NCBI GenBank assembly: GCA_041497675.1
Contig: JBGQGY010000002.1
Coordinates: 14,731-78,730 of the forward strand
Length of the DNA: 64,000 bases
Direction: 5' to 3'
From: a bacterium
GTDB taxonomy: Bacteria; Sysuimicrobiota; Sysuimicrobiia; Sysuimicrobiales; Humicultoraceae
The notes below the pieces were generated by a model. The model made no database searches. It saw nothing but the letters and a program-made list of their open reading frames with translations, and was not told the origin of the DNA. A program made the position numbers and the translations under genes. Positions 48,667 through 58,874 of this stretch are shown here, one piece after another (position 1 is the stretch's first letter; each line of letters begins with the position of its first letter).

Positions 48667-50222
48667 CCGTCACCATGCTCGATCGCCGGGGAATTGACAG
48701 GCTGCGTCTTCGCCGTGATGGGGTCCGCGGTCATCTGTCCGCCATCACGCTGGGCCTCGCGCAGCAGAGATAGCAACTCGAGTACCACGTCGCGTCTGAC
48801 GAACCATATCGTCGCCGCGTAGACGATGACGCCAATGGCGACCAGCGCCACAAGCGTCGGGATCCTTGGGCCAACCGTCTTGACCAGAATCTGCTCTGCG
48901 ACGGCGACAACGACCACCATCACGGCGCAGCCGGTGAGGGCCGGCCACAAGGCGTCGACCAACTCCCGTATCGATATTCCCGTCACCCGGGCGACATACC
49001 GGTAGAGAATCGGCGTCAGCAACACCGTCGCGACGAGGTACCCTGCCGCGACACCGATGATCTGCCATCGCAACCCAATCACAAACGCCGGAACATAGAC
49101 AAAGAGGGAAATCGTCGTCCAGCGAAGTTGCAACCGCGAATGACCGGCTGCCTGGAGCGCGCTCGGCCCCAGGGCCAGCATCAAAGAGATGAACCCCGCA
49201 ACCGCCAGGATGCTCAGGACGGGCGAGGCGGGCAGCCACCCGGCACCAAATAGGGCTTTCACCTGCAGGCGAGCGACCAGCGCCATGCCGAGGACCGCCG
49301 GGAGCGCCACCAATGCGACATACCGGGTGGCCGTGAGGAAGGCCCTCTTGAACTGGTCGGCCGCGCCCTGGAGTCGAGAGAAGGCCGACGTCATGACCTG
49401 GTTCCCAAGAACGATGAGGTCCGTGACAGGGGCCATGAAGAGCGTGTAGGCCATCGAGTAGTAGCCAAGCGCGCTGGCACCCAAGTAGCGCCCGATCAAC
49501 AGGTTATCCGAATATCTGATAAAGAACGTGAGCAGCCGCGCCACCACCAGCGGCATCCCGAAGGCCCAGAGTTCGAGAAGCTTCGACCGCGAAAAGTAGA
49601 ATCGCGGCCGCCAGCCTGCCGAAGAATACAGGAGAAGCGTCGTCATCCCCGTGACCGTCAGCATCTGGCCTGCCAGACTCCACACGCCCATGCCTGACCA
49701 GGCCATCAGCACCCCCACGAGACCACCGATCAGGGTCGCGATGAAGGTCCGGACCACCAGTCTTCTGTACTCCAGCACCCGCGAGATGACCGCGATCTGG
49801 ATGGCCGACCCTGCGGTCAGCACGATTCCCAGGGACAGGATCAACGCCACCGTTCCGACCGCCGGTTCGCGCGTGAAAGCGCTGAACAACCGCGAACCCG
49901 CCGCCGCGACCACCACCAGCAGGACCGCCACGCCCATTTGCGCCCAGAAGGCAGAGGACAGATGACCTTCGTCGATGTCCTTACGCTGGATGATCGCCGA
50001 GCCCAGCCCCATTTGGCTGAACGATTGCAAGAAACCAGTAAAAACCACGGCAAGCGCCACGAGTCCAAAGTCACTCGGTGACAGCAGCCGCACCAAAATA
50101 AGGGTAAAGATCTGGTCGACGATCCGGGTCGACACCCGCTCGCCGCTGACCCAGAACACACCCCGGATCGCCGCGCTTCTGATCCGGCGTTCTAGGGTCT
50201 CTTGGGTCTCTGGTGCAGCCAT
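48663..50222 (-). CDS. Wzx-type oligosaccharide flippase, second copy
   Basis: It has the same family N-terminus (IVDQIFTLILVRLLSPSDFGLVALA...GSAIIQRKDIDEGHLSSAFWA). The first 165 or so codons of the track ORF are Arg/Pro-rich read-through, so the start is trimmed to ATG 50222 (MAAPETQE). Confidence 0.75.
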   Translation of the reverse strand: MAAPETQETLERRIRSAAIRGVFWVSGERVSTRIVDQIFTLILVRLLSPSDFGLVALAVVFTGFLQSFSQMGLGSAIIQRKDIDEGHLSSAFWAQMGVAVLLVVVAAAGSRLFSAFTREPAVGTVALILSLGIVLTAGSAIQIAVISRVLEYRRLVVRTFIATLIGGLVGVLMAWSGMGVWSLAGQMLTVTGMTTLLLYSSAGWRPRFYFSRSKLLELWAFGMPLVVARLLTFFIRYSDNLLIGRYLGASALGYYSMAYTLFMAPVTDLIVLGNQVMTSAFSRLQGAADQFKRAFLTATRYVALVALPAVLGMALVARLQVKALFGAGWLPASPVLSILAVAGFISLMLALGPSALQAAGHSRLQLRWTTISLFVYVPAFVIGLRWQIIGVAAGYLVATVLLTPILYRYVARVTGISIRELVDALWPALTGCAVMVVVVAVAEQILVKTVGPRIPTLVALVAIGVIVYAATIWFVRRDVVLELLSLLREAQRDGGQMTADPITAKTQPVNSPAIEHGDG

Positions 50223-50239
50223 CGTGGTCCTCGAACTCC

Positions 50240-51424
50240 TCAAACCGCCGCGCTGGCCTTGAGCCCATCCTTGAGCGTCTGGGCAATCGTGGAGATGTCG
50301 TCCCTTTGCAGACCGTTGAAGAACGGCAACGCGACCACGCGACGGCTCGCGTCTTCGGCTACAGGGAAGTTCCCCTTCTGATACAGCCCGAACTTCTGGA
50401 AATACGGCTGAAGGTGGAGCACTGGGAAGTAGGCCCTGCTCGCAACGCCCCGGCTGGCAAGAAAGTGCATCAGGCCGTCGCGATCGACCGCAGCGGCAAC
50501 CCGCACCACATAGACGAACCAGTTGACCCGCGCCCACGGCTGCGCAGCCGGCAGGGTCAGCTCCGCGATGTCCCCGAGCAACGCCGCATATAGCGCCACC
50601 ACCTGGCTGCGCCTGGCTACGAGCGTCTCGAACCGCTTCATCTGCGCCACACCAAGGGCCGCAGAGAGCTCGTCCATTCGATAGTTGAACCCGAGGACAT
50701 CGTGCCGTAGCCACTCGGCCCCCGCTGCGCGGCCCTGGTTGCGGGCGCTACGGCAGTAGGCGGCGATCTCATCGTCATCGGTCACGATCATGCCGCCTTC
50801 ACCCGTCGTGATCTGTTTGTTCGGATAGAAGGCGAAGATCGCCACCTCGGCTAACGCCCCCGACTTGAGCCACTGCCCGTGGACGGCCGAGTAGTACTCG
50901 GAGCCGAAAGCCTCAGCGGTGTCGTCCAAGAACCTCACGCCGTACCGATTGGCCAGCGCGCGAAATTCGTCCATCTTCACCGGATGGCCGAAGACGTCTA
51001 CGGGGAGAATCCCTGCGAGCGGCCGGCCGGTCGACCGGCGGATCATCTGGCCGGACACGGGACGGTATTCACGTTCGATGAACGCGCCGACCCTCTCGGG
51101 ATCCATATTCAAGGTCGCCGGATCAACGTCGACGAACACCGGGTGCGCCCGCTCCATGAACAGAATGTTGCTCGTCGCCGCGAAGGTAAACGGTGTCGTG
51201 ATGACCTCGACGCCTTCCGTAAACCCCAGCGCCCGTCCGGCCAGGTGGAGACCGGCAGTCCCGCTGCTGACGGCAATGGCATGCCGCCGGCCCAGATAGG
51301 TCGCCATCATCCCTTCAAACTCATCGACCTTGGGACCCAGGCTCAGCCACGGCGTTTTTAGGACGCCGAGCACTTCCTGGATCTCAACATCGGTAATATC
51401 CGGCCGTGATAGAGGCAGACTCAT
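50240..51424 (-). CDS. PLP-dependent sugar aminotransferase (DegT/DnrJ/EryC1/StrS family, PglE-like)
   Basis: It has the DegT-family motifs (AIAVSSGTAGLHLA and SFYPNKQITTGEGGMIVTDD). Start ATG 51424 overlaps the upstream stop (ATGA). Confidence 0.9.
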   Translation of the reverse strand: MSLPLSRPDITDVEIQEVLGVLKTPWLSLGPKVDEFEGMMATYLGRRHAIAVSSGTAGLHLAGRALGFTEGVEVITTPFTFAATSNILFMERAHPVFVDVDPATLNMDPERVGAFIEREYRPVSGQMIRRSTGRPLAGILPVDVFGHPVKMDEFRALANRYGVRFLDDTAEAFGSEYYSAVHGQWLKSGALAEVAIFAFYPNKQITTGEGGMIVTDDDEIAAYCRSARNQGRAAGAEWLRHDVLGFNYRMDELSAALGVAQMKRFETLVARRSQVVALYAALLGDIAELTLPAAQPWARVNWFVYVVRVAAAVDRDGLMHFLASRGVASRAYFPVLHLQPYFQKFGLYQKGNFPVAEDASRRVVALPFFNGLQRDDISTIAQTLKDGLKASAAV

Positions 51425-52113
51425 GGCTCTCTCCTTTGCGGTGCCGTCCACGCGACAGGGGCAGGCCCGCCGATTCGGCGACCCGGCCAATCAGGCACCA
51501 GTCGCGCAAAGACCATCCGACCGAGTTTCGGCGCACACCCCGCGAGCGGCGTAGCAACCAGAACCCCAAGGTCGGTCAACCACGTACGACGCCGGACATA
51601 CGCCAGTTCGAGCGCCACCTTCTTCGGCAGCACGATCTCGAAATAGGCGGTCTCGGGATCCGCCGCTCGGCCCAAGAGCTTTTCTTCGTGCACGAAGACC
51701 AGTTGCGCGATGCCCGTCATGCCGGGGCGGGCCGCGTAGACCTGTCGCGCTTGATCGGGCGGAATGGCCGCGACCTCGTTCGGTGTCAGGGGGCGCGGTC
51801 CGACCAGGCTCATCTCGCCGCTCACCACGTTCAGCAATTGCGGCAGTTCATCGAGCTTGGTAGCGCGCAGCACCCGGCCGATCGGCGTGATGCGCCGGTC
51901 ACCCCGTATCGTGATCGTCCCGCCGGCCGCCGCGTCCTCGATCATTGTTTGAAACTTCAGGATCTCAAACGGCCGCAGCGCCCGGCCGATCCGTGTCTGC
52001 CGGAAGAACACGCGGCGTGTCGTCAGCCAGTTGAGCGCAGCGATGACACCAAACACCGGGGCTGTCAGGATCAGGAAGGTGCACGCGACCAGCACGTCGG
52101 TCAGACGTCGCAT
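51421..52113 (-). CDS. Small monotopic phosphoglycosyl transferase (bacterial sugar transferase, PglC/WecP-like initiating enzyme)
   Basis: A 230-aa protein with an N-terminal re-entrant helix and the conserved motifs DELPQL and SLVGPRP. Confidence 0.85.
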   Translation of the reverse strand: MRRLTDVLVACTFLILTAPVFGVIAALNWLTTRRVFFRQTRIGRALRPFEILKFQTMIEDAAAGGTITIRGDRRITPIGRVLRATKLDELPQLLNVVSGEMSLVGPRPLTPNEVAAIPPDQARQVYAARPGMTGIAQLVFVHEEKLLGRAADPETAYFEIVLPKKVALELAYVRRRTWLTDLGVLVATPLAGCAPKLGRMVFARLVPDWPGRRIGGPAPVAWTAPQRREP

Positions 52114-52123
52114 GTGAGTGTCT

Positions 52124-52750
52124 TCACGACGGCACGCGCGATTCCGCCGGTAACCGGTTCCCCAGCGTGATCACGTAGACAGACGCGCTCTCGCCCTGGT
52201 GGATCTCAGCACGATGCAGCAATGTGAACCCCGAGCGTTCATACACACCCGCTGCCGCGACGTTGTCGACGGCGGTAGTGACGCGCACCCGCTCCACCCC
52301 ACGCTGGGAAAACTCCTCAAGCACTGCGCGCACCAGCCCGTCGGCGGCGCCGGCGCCGCGGGCCTCCGGGTCCAACGCGATCGACAGCAGTTCGGCTTCT
52401 GGAAGCGCTCCCGCCGCCGCGTACCGGGACGTCTCAAAGAGACGGCGCAGCCCGCCTCCGACGATCTTCTTGAACACGATCCGCGCAGCCAACGACCAGT
52501 TCCGCAACACGAACGTCCGGTAGAACCGCCGCCAGTGCACGACGGCGGTGCAGTACCCGACCGGCCGACCATCCCGCTCGGCGATAAACGCAAAGCCCGA
52601 GGGCGAATCCAGCAGCGTCCGGTAGAACGTCTCAACGAACCCCGGACCCATGCCCGACAGCAGCCCCCACGGGATCTGCGCCAGGTGGAGCGCCGCAATC
52701 GCGCCGCTATCGGCCGCTGACGCTTTCCTGATTGAGACCGATACGGCCAT
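52124..52750 (-). CDS. GNAT-family N-acetyltransferase
   Basis: The acetyl-CoA binding region reads ...GAGAADGLVRAVLEEF.. The start is trimmed to MAVSVSIR. Confidence 0.6.
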   Translation of the reverse strand: MAVSVSIRKASAADSGAIAALHLAQIPWGLLSGMGPGFVETFYRTLLDSPSGFAFIAERDGRPVGYCTAVVHWRRFYRTFVLRNWSLAARIVFKKIVGGGLRRLFETSRYAAAGALPEAELLSIALDPEARGAGAADGLVRAVLEEFSQRGVERVRVTTAVDNVAAAGVYERSGFTLLHRAEIHQGESASVYVITLGNRLPAESRVPS

Positions 52751-54335
52751 CCACTGCCGCCTGTGTGAGAAATGGAAGGAGCTTGCCACGGCCCGTGATG
52801 AGCGGCTCGCGGCGCATGATTCTGATGGTCTCTGCCTGACGCCATAGTGGTGGCATCATCTGACGCGGCCGCGTCGGATCGCGCAGTTCCTCGATGAACC
52901 TCGCCCGTACTCGATCCTCATCGATCCGCCCCACCGACGGGTTGATGATCAGGTACAGCCGTGTAAGATGCTGCTCGTCCTCGGCTTCCACGAGCTGGTA
53001 GTCCGTGCTTCTGCCGCCGAACTCCCGGGGCAGGACCTCCTCAAGGATGTGCACACAATCGGTGCCAAGTACCGTCGCGCCTTCCCCGGTGAGTTTCGAA
53101 AAACTCCGAATAGTGTCGAAGTGCGTGTGAAAGCCCAGTTCACCCCACAGGCATCCACAAGATCGTTCGGTCACGTGTGCGAAGTCATCGCTCTCTGCGT
53201 TGATCAAGATCTTGGAGCTCGATATCAGGAGCGTGGTCAGGATCAACGCCTCGACCGCCTGCCCATCGGGCAGCGTGCGCCGATCGTGCAGGAGCCCGAA
53301 GCTGTCGGCCATGAAATGCACGTCGTCGATTGCCGTTGGCTGACCGCAGGCGCTCCCCACGGAGCCGAACTCTGTCAGCCCGTACCGCCCCGCGATTCGC
53401 GCACCGGCGTGGACAACCTCGGCGCGCTTCCCGGACGTCAGAGGCTCGCCGCTCACGATCAGTGTCACGCGGTCGAGGTCCGTCCCGCGTTGGCCCGCCA
53501 GTGCGGCCAGGCGCGTCGCCGCGCTGGGAGTGGTCGCTACGACACACTTTCCGTAGCGCGCGCGGACGGCCACGATCGCATCCACGACCGCCGCCGCGCC
53601 CGACAACGGGACATGCTCGAGCGGCGGCAACCGAAGTCCACGCGTCAGCCCCATCAGCCGGGCCAACGTGAACATCGTTTGGTGCAGTTGAGGTACTCTG
53701 TACGCTGAGAGATTTGTCAGGCTAAACCATCGCGCGGCCGCACGGCCGGCGTGGGCCAACGACAGCCACCAGTTGATACCGGCATCGCGCGGCAGCCAGA
53801 TGATCACCGGCCATGTACTCACACCAAGGGCCTCCATGAGCAGCAACCGGGCTGGTCCCCGCTGGACAGCAAGATAATTCAGCGATCCCGGCACCAGGGA
53901 GGCCTGACCGGTCGTTCCACCGGTGCGAACCTCAAATGACGGTACCAGCGTTGGGTTGTTGAAGTCGGCCTCTGTAGTTTCGAGCGCGAAATCGCCCCGG
54001 CGAATACGGGTCCGACACTTCAATTCCTCGAACGTGAGGTACACGCCGTCTTCTAACAGTGTCCTCAATGTCTCCTCGAGACCATGTCGCCGGACGTGTG
54101 CTTCAAGGCGGTCGGGTGTCCATCCAGCCCACTGTAGGAGTCGACGGTACGGACTCCTCGGGTAGGGCCAGATTGTCTTTCGCACGACCCCGACGAACAT
54201 CTCTGCGCGGGCGGACAACCGGGCGCGCACCAGGGCCTTTGCATCATCAACCGTCGAAAACCGGTACATCAGCGACGCCAGGCCGCCGGCAATCCGGGCG
54301 GCCGCTGGGAGGGTCGCAAGAGGCCGTAGACTCAT
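52707..54335 (-). CDS. CapK/PaaK-like adenylate-forming enzyme, paralog of 38338..39912
   Basis: It carries the motif FEVRTGGTTGQAS and is co-linear with its paralog over more than 450 aa. Confidence 0.65.
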   Translation of the reverse strand: MSLRPLATLPAAARIAGGLASLMYRFSTVDDAKALVRARLSARAEMFVGVVRKTIWPYPRSPYRRLLQWAGWTPDRLEAHVRRHGLEETLRTLLEDGVYLTFEELKCRTRIRRGDFALETTEADFNNPTLVPSFEVRTGGTTGQASLVPGSLNYLAVQRGPARLLLMEALGVSTWPVIIWLPRDAGINWWLSLAHAGRAAARWFSLTNLSAYRVPQLHQTMFTLARLMGLTRGLRLPPLEHVPLSGAAAVVDAIVAVRARYGKCVVATTPSAATRLAALAGQRGTDLDRVTLIVSGEPLTSGKRAEVVHAGARIAGRYGLTEFGSVGSACGQPTAIDDVHFMADSFGLLHDRRTLPDGQAVEALILTTLLISSSKILINAESDDFAHVTERSCGCLWGELGFHTHFDTIRSFSKLTGEGATVLGTDCVHILEEVLPREFGGRSTDYQLVEAEDEQHLTRLYLIINPSVGRIDEDRVRARFIEELRDPTRPRQMMPPLWRQAETIRIMRREPLITGRGKLLPFLTQAAVDGRIGLNQESVSGR

Positions 54336-55522
54336 CTCCCTGCCGCCTCATCGCCGTGGTTATACCCGAAACCATCCACGGCGCGTCCCCGCGCCAGCAA
54401 CATGCGGTACACGTCGAGGATCTGCCCGATGATGCGGCGTTCGTCAAACGCGTCCAGCGCTTTCTTCCGGCTCGCCTGCCCGAACCGGCGCCGCATCTGC
54501 GGGTCATCGATCAGTTGCACGATCGCCCCCTCGAGCGCCCCGACATCTCTTGGCGACACCAGGAAGCCGTTGTCTCCTGCCGTCACGACCTCACGGCATC
54601 CGCGGATGTCGGTGAGGACCAGCGGCAGCCCCATGGCGGCCGCCTCAACCGCAGAACGCGGGAACCCCTCACGGTACGACGCCAGCACAAACAGGTCCAT
54701 CGCAGCATAGAGATCGCGCACGTCGCGCCGCAGGCCAAGGAAGCGGATCACGCCGCGGGTTTCCAAATCCGCAATCGTCGCCTGCGGGATCGCGTCGCTC
54801 TTGTCCTCATCGCGCGGGCCGATCGCGATGAACCGCACGTCGCGGCCGGCAGCCCGAATGCGCTCAGCCGCCTCAAATACCTCGCGGAGGCCCTTCTCCC
54901 ACACCAGCCGCCCTACCATCCCGACTACGACCGTCGCTTCATCGATGCCCAGCGCGGCCCGCACAGTGCCCCGGTCGACCGTTGCCGGGTCAAAGACCGT
55001 GAGATCCACGCCATTGCCAATGTACGCCGACCGGTCCGGCCGAGCAATCTTCAGCGCGCGTAGCAAATCCAGATCCTCTCGACTCTGGCAGAATTCAAAG
55101 TCCGAGCAGGCGGCGGCGATCCTCTCCATCGTCAGATATATCGCCCGCCGGACCGCACCACCGTCAGTCCCGTACAAGCCATGCACGGTGTTCACGACGA
55201 CCGGTGTCCCGGCCAGCCGTGCCGCGATCCGCCCAAGCACCCCGGTCTTCGGATTGTGCGTGTGGACGATGTCGAATCGGTGTCGTCGAAACAGCCTGAA
55301 CAGGTCGAGGAATGCCCTCGCGTCGGCCGCGGGCGCCCAGGATCGCCGGAGCGCGGCAATCTCCAGATGACGGATGCCTTGGGCCTGCAGATCCGCCCCC
55401 CACGCGCCCGCCGCGCTGATCCCCGTCGGCTCAAATCCGGCCTCACGGTATGCCCGGAGCTGATTCCCGAGCAACAGGGCCAGACTGATGTCCGACGTGG
55501 TCACGTGTGCGAGCTTTGGCAT
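54332..55522 (-). CDS. Family 4 glycosyltransferase
   Basis: It has the GT4 C-terminal motif (LFVLASYREGFPRSAVEAAAMGLPLVLTD). The start is trimmed to MPKLAHV. Confidence 0.85.
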   Translation of the reverse strand: MPKLAHVTTSDISLALLLGNQLRAYREAGFEPTGISAAGAWGADLQAQGIRHLEIAALRRSWAPAADARAFLDLFRLFRRHRFDIVHTHNPKTGVLGRIAARLAGTPVVVNTVHGLYGTDGGAVRRAIYLTMERIAAACSDFEFCQSREDLDLLRALKIARPDRSAYIGNGVDLTVFDPATVDRGTVRAALGIDEATVVVGMVGRLVWEKGLREVFEAAERIRAAGRDVRFIAIGPRDEDKSDAIPQATIADLETRGVIRFLGLRRDVRDLYAAMDLFVLASYREGFPRSAVEAAAMGLPLVLTDIRGCREVVTAGDNGFLVSPRDVGALEGAIVQLIDDPQMRRRFGQASRKKALDAFDERRIIGQILDVYRMLLARGRAVDGFGYNHGDEAAGR

Positions 55523-55526
55523 CCGC

Positions 55527-55973
55527 TCACCGGGTGATTTCAACGAGCGCAACCCCGGCACTCACCTGTTCCCCGTCTTGTCTGACCGCCCATATCTCCG
55601 CTTCAACGGTTCTCGCCCCATCCTGAGTCGTCCTCACATCACGGATGCACCCGGCGCACCGCACGGTATCGCCGGGACGTATCAGACCCGTGTGCCGGAC
55701 AGACAGGCGGCGGACCCATCCACTCGGTCCAACCCAACTGGTGATCATTCGCACCAACAGCGCAGTACGATGGTTCCCGCTTTGGACGACGTCAGATTGG
55801 TCCATGTACTCCAGGGCGTATGCGCGATCGTAGTGCAGCCGAATCCAGTTCTCCTGGTACCCGGCCCACCGCACGAAATCGGTCAGCGAAAGCGGGCCGA
55901 TCTCGAGGCCTGGGATTTCGGCTCCAGCGACGGGTGTGGGTGCTTGCTGTGCTCGCATGACGGGGCCGCCCAT
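55527..55973 (-). CDS. Hotdog-fold (MaoC-like) dehydratase subunit
   Basis: Hotdog-fold core (IRPGDTVRCAGCIRDV). ATG 55973 overlaps the CoA-transferase stop (TGATG); the track ORF starts 53 codons upstream. Confidence 0.55.
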   Translation of the reverse strand: MGGPVMRAQQAPTPVAGAEIPGLEIGPLSLTDFVRWAGYQENWIRLHYDRAYALEYMDQSDVVQSGNHRTALLVRMITSWVGPSGWVRRLSVRHTGLIRPGDTVRCAGCIRDVRTTQDGARTVEAEIWAVRQDGEQVSAGVALVEITR

Positions 55974-57121
55974 CACACCCTGGCACCGTCCCGCGCTCCC
56001 GGAACCCTGGGTGCGGGTACAACACCGGCTGCCTCGAGCCGGGCGATGTCCTCGTGTGAGAACCCCGCCTCGCGCAGGACCGTCGCGGTCTGCGCGCCGG
56101 GACCCGACACTCCTGAGGGGGGCGTGAGCCACGGCGTCGTCAACACCGGTACGTCCTGACCGTCGACGCGATGAAAGAACCTCCGCGCGCGTAGGTGCGG
56201 GTCATGAAGCAGAGCCTCTATGTCGTGCACCGGCGCCACGGGAATTCCGCGGGCCTGTGCCATCTCGGACAGCTCCGCTTTCGTGAACCGCCGCGCCCAC
56301 GACTCGAGCACGCCAAAGATTTCGGCCTGGTGCTCCATCCGAACCCGTTCGTCGTTCAGGGCAGCGTCGCGCAACCGCTCATCTCCAACCATCTCAACCA
56401 GGGTCTCCCACATACGTCGTTCGTTGGCCGAGATCACCACGTACCCATCGCGGCACGCAAGTGCGCCCGAGGCAGCGATGTGTGCGTGCCGGTTGCCCCC
56501 CCGCTTGACGACACGTCCCGAGAACGCCGCTTCGTACAGACCTTGCTGCATGAACGTGGCGAGCGCCTCATGCGCGCTCACGTAGATCAATCGACCCGAT
56601 CCACTATCGCGCGCGTGCCGATATCCGAGGAGACAGGCCAGCGCCGCATACGTGGCCGTGACCGCGTCAGCGAGCCCACCGCCGAGCAGACAGGGCGCCT
56701 GACCGGGCATGCCCGTGATGGACATCAAACCACTCTGCGCGTAGCGGACGATCTCAGCGCTCGTGCGGCCGGCGCCCGCCGTCGGCGCAAATGGTCGGAC
56801 GGCCACCCAGGTGAGTCTGGGACTACCGGCCCGGCAGCGTGCATACACGTTCTCTGCGGCATCGAAGACGGGTTCGATACCTTCCACCACTGCGTCGGCC
56901 ACCCCGCACAGGCGCGCCAGCACCTCGACCCCTTCGTCGCGTCGCAGATCGATTCCGACGCTCCGCTTGCCGGCGTCCAGACATCGAGCGGGGGCTTCGG
57001 GACCTTCACGTCGGCCCGGCACGTCGATACGCACTACATCGGCGCCCAGGTCGGCCAGCAGCCGTGTCGCGTAGGCAACCGCGCCGTCGGTAATGTCCAG
57101 GACACGAAGCCGCTCCGTCAT
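55973..57121 (-). CDS. Family III CoA-transferase (CaiB/BaiF)
   Basis: It has a family III N-terminal Rossmann region (LRVLDITDGAVAYATRLLADLGADVVRID). The start is trimmed to ATG 57121 (MTERLRV), which overlaps the upstream stop (TGATG). Confidence 0.85.
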   Translation of the reverse strand: MTERLRVLDITDGAVAYATRLLADLGADVVRIDVPGRREGPEAPARCLDAGKRSVGIDLRRDEGVEVLARLCGVADAVVEGIEPVFDAAENVYARCRAGSPRLTWVAVRPFAPTAGAGRTSAEIVRYAQSGLMSITGMPGQAPCLLGGGLADAVTATYAALACLLGYRHARDSGSGRLIYVSAHEALATFMQQGLYEAAFSGRVVKRGGNRHAHIAASGALACRDGYVVISANERRMWETLVEMVGDERLRDAALNDERVRMEHQAEIFGVLESWARRFTKAELSEMAQARGIPVAPVHDIEALLHDPHLRARRFFHRVDGQDVPVLTTPWLTPPSGVSGPGAQTATVLREAGFSHEDIARLEAAGVVPAPRVPGARDGARV

Positions 57122-57669
57122 CACACGCCCAGCGTTCGCGCCGTCGTCTGGTGCACGACCGCCACCGGCTGCCCGCTCTGATCCGAGTAGCGGCGCTCTT
57201 CCGTGATAAACACGGCAGCACCCGTCCGCCCGTCTTTCAGCGCGATGTCCGTGATCTTGAACCTGACGGTGAGCCAGTCGCCGATGCGTAATGGCCGAAT
57301 CCACTCGATGTCGGTTGCGGCATTAAGCCGCCCGCGTTCGCCCGGGACCACGATGGTAGCCGCCAACCCACCCAAAGATGGAAACTCACGTTCGCCCCGG
57401 TTGTCGATAACATCCCGGCCGGGCTCGGGCCGCAAAATGTCGAGGATCATGGCGGGTGGCGCGAGGGCTCCCACGCGGCTCGGGTTGGATTCTGGATCGA
57501 CCGCGCCCCACAGCGGATTGCCGTCGCCGGCCGCGTTCACATAGCGGCGCACGTCGCTCCACTCGATGGGTCCCGGCGCCCGCACGGGTTCACTCTCATG
57601 CCCGATCCACCGCCGCAGGGCGTTGAGAATGTCTGCTGGTGTCTGCGAGACTGGTCCCATAGCCGACAC
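57121..57669 (-). CDS. Hotdog-fold (MaoC N-terminal-like) dehydratase subunit
   Basis: A 182-aa hotdog fold (WIRPLRIGDWLTVRFKITDI). Its GTG start overlaps the upstream TAG. Confidence 0.65.
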   Translation of the reverse strand: MSAMGPVSQTPADILNALRRWIGHESEPVRAPGPIEWSDVRRYVNAAGDGNPLWGAVDPESNPSRVGALAPPAMILDILRPEPGRDVIDNRGEREFPSLGGLAATIVVPGERGRLNAATDIEWIRPLRIGDWLTVRFKITDIALKDGRTGAAVFITEERRYSDQSGQPVAVVHQTTARTLGV

Positions 57670-58874
57670 TACTGAAGCGCGCCGGAAGCCTTCAAACCGG
57701 CAATCTCCGCGTCGCTCATCCCAACCACCTGACGCAGGACCTCATCGGTGTGCTGGCCCAACAGCGGGCCCGCGTGGTCGAGCCTGGCCGGCACGCCCTC
57801 AATGTGTATTGGGTTGGAGAGCATGGGCATCTCGCCAATCGCCGGATGAGTGATGACCTGTGTCAACGGTGCATACGTCGCAAGATCGGCCAAGGCCCCC
57901 ACGTTGGTGCGGACCGCCGCGGCCGGCACCCCTGCAACCTGGAACACGCGTTCCACCATACGGGCGTCTCGCCCGAGGGTCCAGGTCTCCAGCCGGCGAT
58001 CGATGTCTTCTGCCGCGGCGCGCCGGCCTTCCAGCGTCTGATAGCGCGCGTCGTCGAGCACGCCGTCCCCCACGATCCGCACCAGCGCCTCCCACTCCGT
58101 AGCGCTGCCGACGCTAATCACACACCATTCGTCGTCTCCCGCGCAGCGATAACATCCCTGCGGCACGCGGTGCGCCGATCGGTTGCTCTGACGCGCCGGC
58201 CCGCCGTTGCCTTGCGCCTCTGCCATTAACGCTCCCAATGGCAGTGCATTCGACTCGTACTGGCTCAGATCGATCCAGCAGCCCTCACCGGTGTGATCGC
58301 GCCGCTCTAAGGCCGCGGTGACAATGACCGCGGCGTGCAGCCCCGCCATGAAGTCCGCCCACGAGTTCGAGACACCGATCGGCGGATCACCCGCGCGGCC
58401 GGTGGCCAGCATCAATCCCGACAGCGCTTGGATCACAGCGTTGAAGCTCACCCACTGCGCGCACGGGCCGGTATGCCCCAACCCCGCCATGCTCACGTAG
58501 ATCAGCTGGGGATTGCGCGCGCGCAGGCGATCCGGCCCAAGCCCCAGTCGCTCCATGACCCCTACACTGAAGTTCTCAGTCAGGACATCACACTGCTGGG
58601 CCAAAGCGATCGCGACCTCGGCTCCCTGAGGATGCTTGAGGTTGATGGCGACCGAACGCTTGTTGCGGTTCAAACTGGCGAAGAGCGTGCTCCCTTCCTG
58701 CTCGCGCGGGCCGTCCGGTTTGAAGGGGCCCAACCGCCGCCCTCCCTCTACCGCCGTCGCGCTCTCAACCTTGATGACGTCCGCGCCGAAGTCCGCGAGG
58801 AGTCCCGTGGCAAACGGGCCGGTGACCACGTGCCCGAAGTCCAGGATGCGGATGTGCTCGAGCGGTCGGATCAT
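57669..58874 (-). CDS. Family III CoA-transferase (CaiB/BaiF), second subunit or paralog
   Basis: It has the motifs IRILDFGHVVTGPFATGLLADFGADVIKVE and LGPDRLRARNPQLIYVSMAGLG, and the gene overlaps the DUF35 gene (58871..59314) by 4 nt. Confidence 0.9.
   Translation of the reverse strand: MIRPLEHIRILDFGHVVTGPFATGLLADFGADVIKVESATAVEGGRRLGPFKPDGPREQEGSTLFASLNRNKRSVAINLKHPQGAEVAIALAQQCDVLTENFSVGVMERLGLGPDRLRARNPQLIYVSMAGLGHTGPCAQWVSFNAVIQALSGLMLATGRAGDPPIGVSNSWADFMAGLHAAVIVTAALERRDHTGEGCWIDLSQYESNALPLGALMAEAQGNGGPARQSNRSAHRVPQGCYRCAGDDEWCVISVGSATEWEALVRIVGDGVLDDARYQTLEGRRAAAEDIDRRLETWTLGRDARMVERVFQVAGVPAAAVRTNVGALADLATYAPLTQVITHPAIGEMPMLSNPIHIEGVPARLDHAGPLLGQHTDEVLRQVVGMSDAEIAGLKASGALQ

Noticed and set aside
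48663-50714. N-terminal extensions of several track ORFs, such as the first 165 or so aa of 48663..50714, about 110 aa of 38338..40239, 41 aa of 12769..14070 and 54 aa of 23289..25046
   Set aside because: These extensions are Arg/Ser/Pro-rich low-complexity read-through that overlaps the upstream gene. Internal starts with a Shine-Dalgarno or ATGA/GTGA coupling give proteins matching family length, so gene starts were trimmed.
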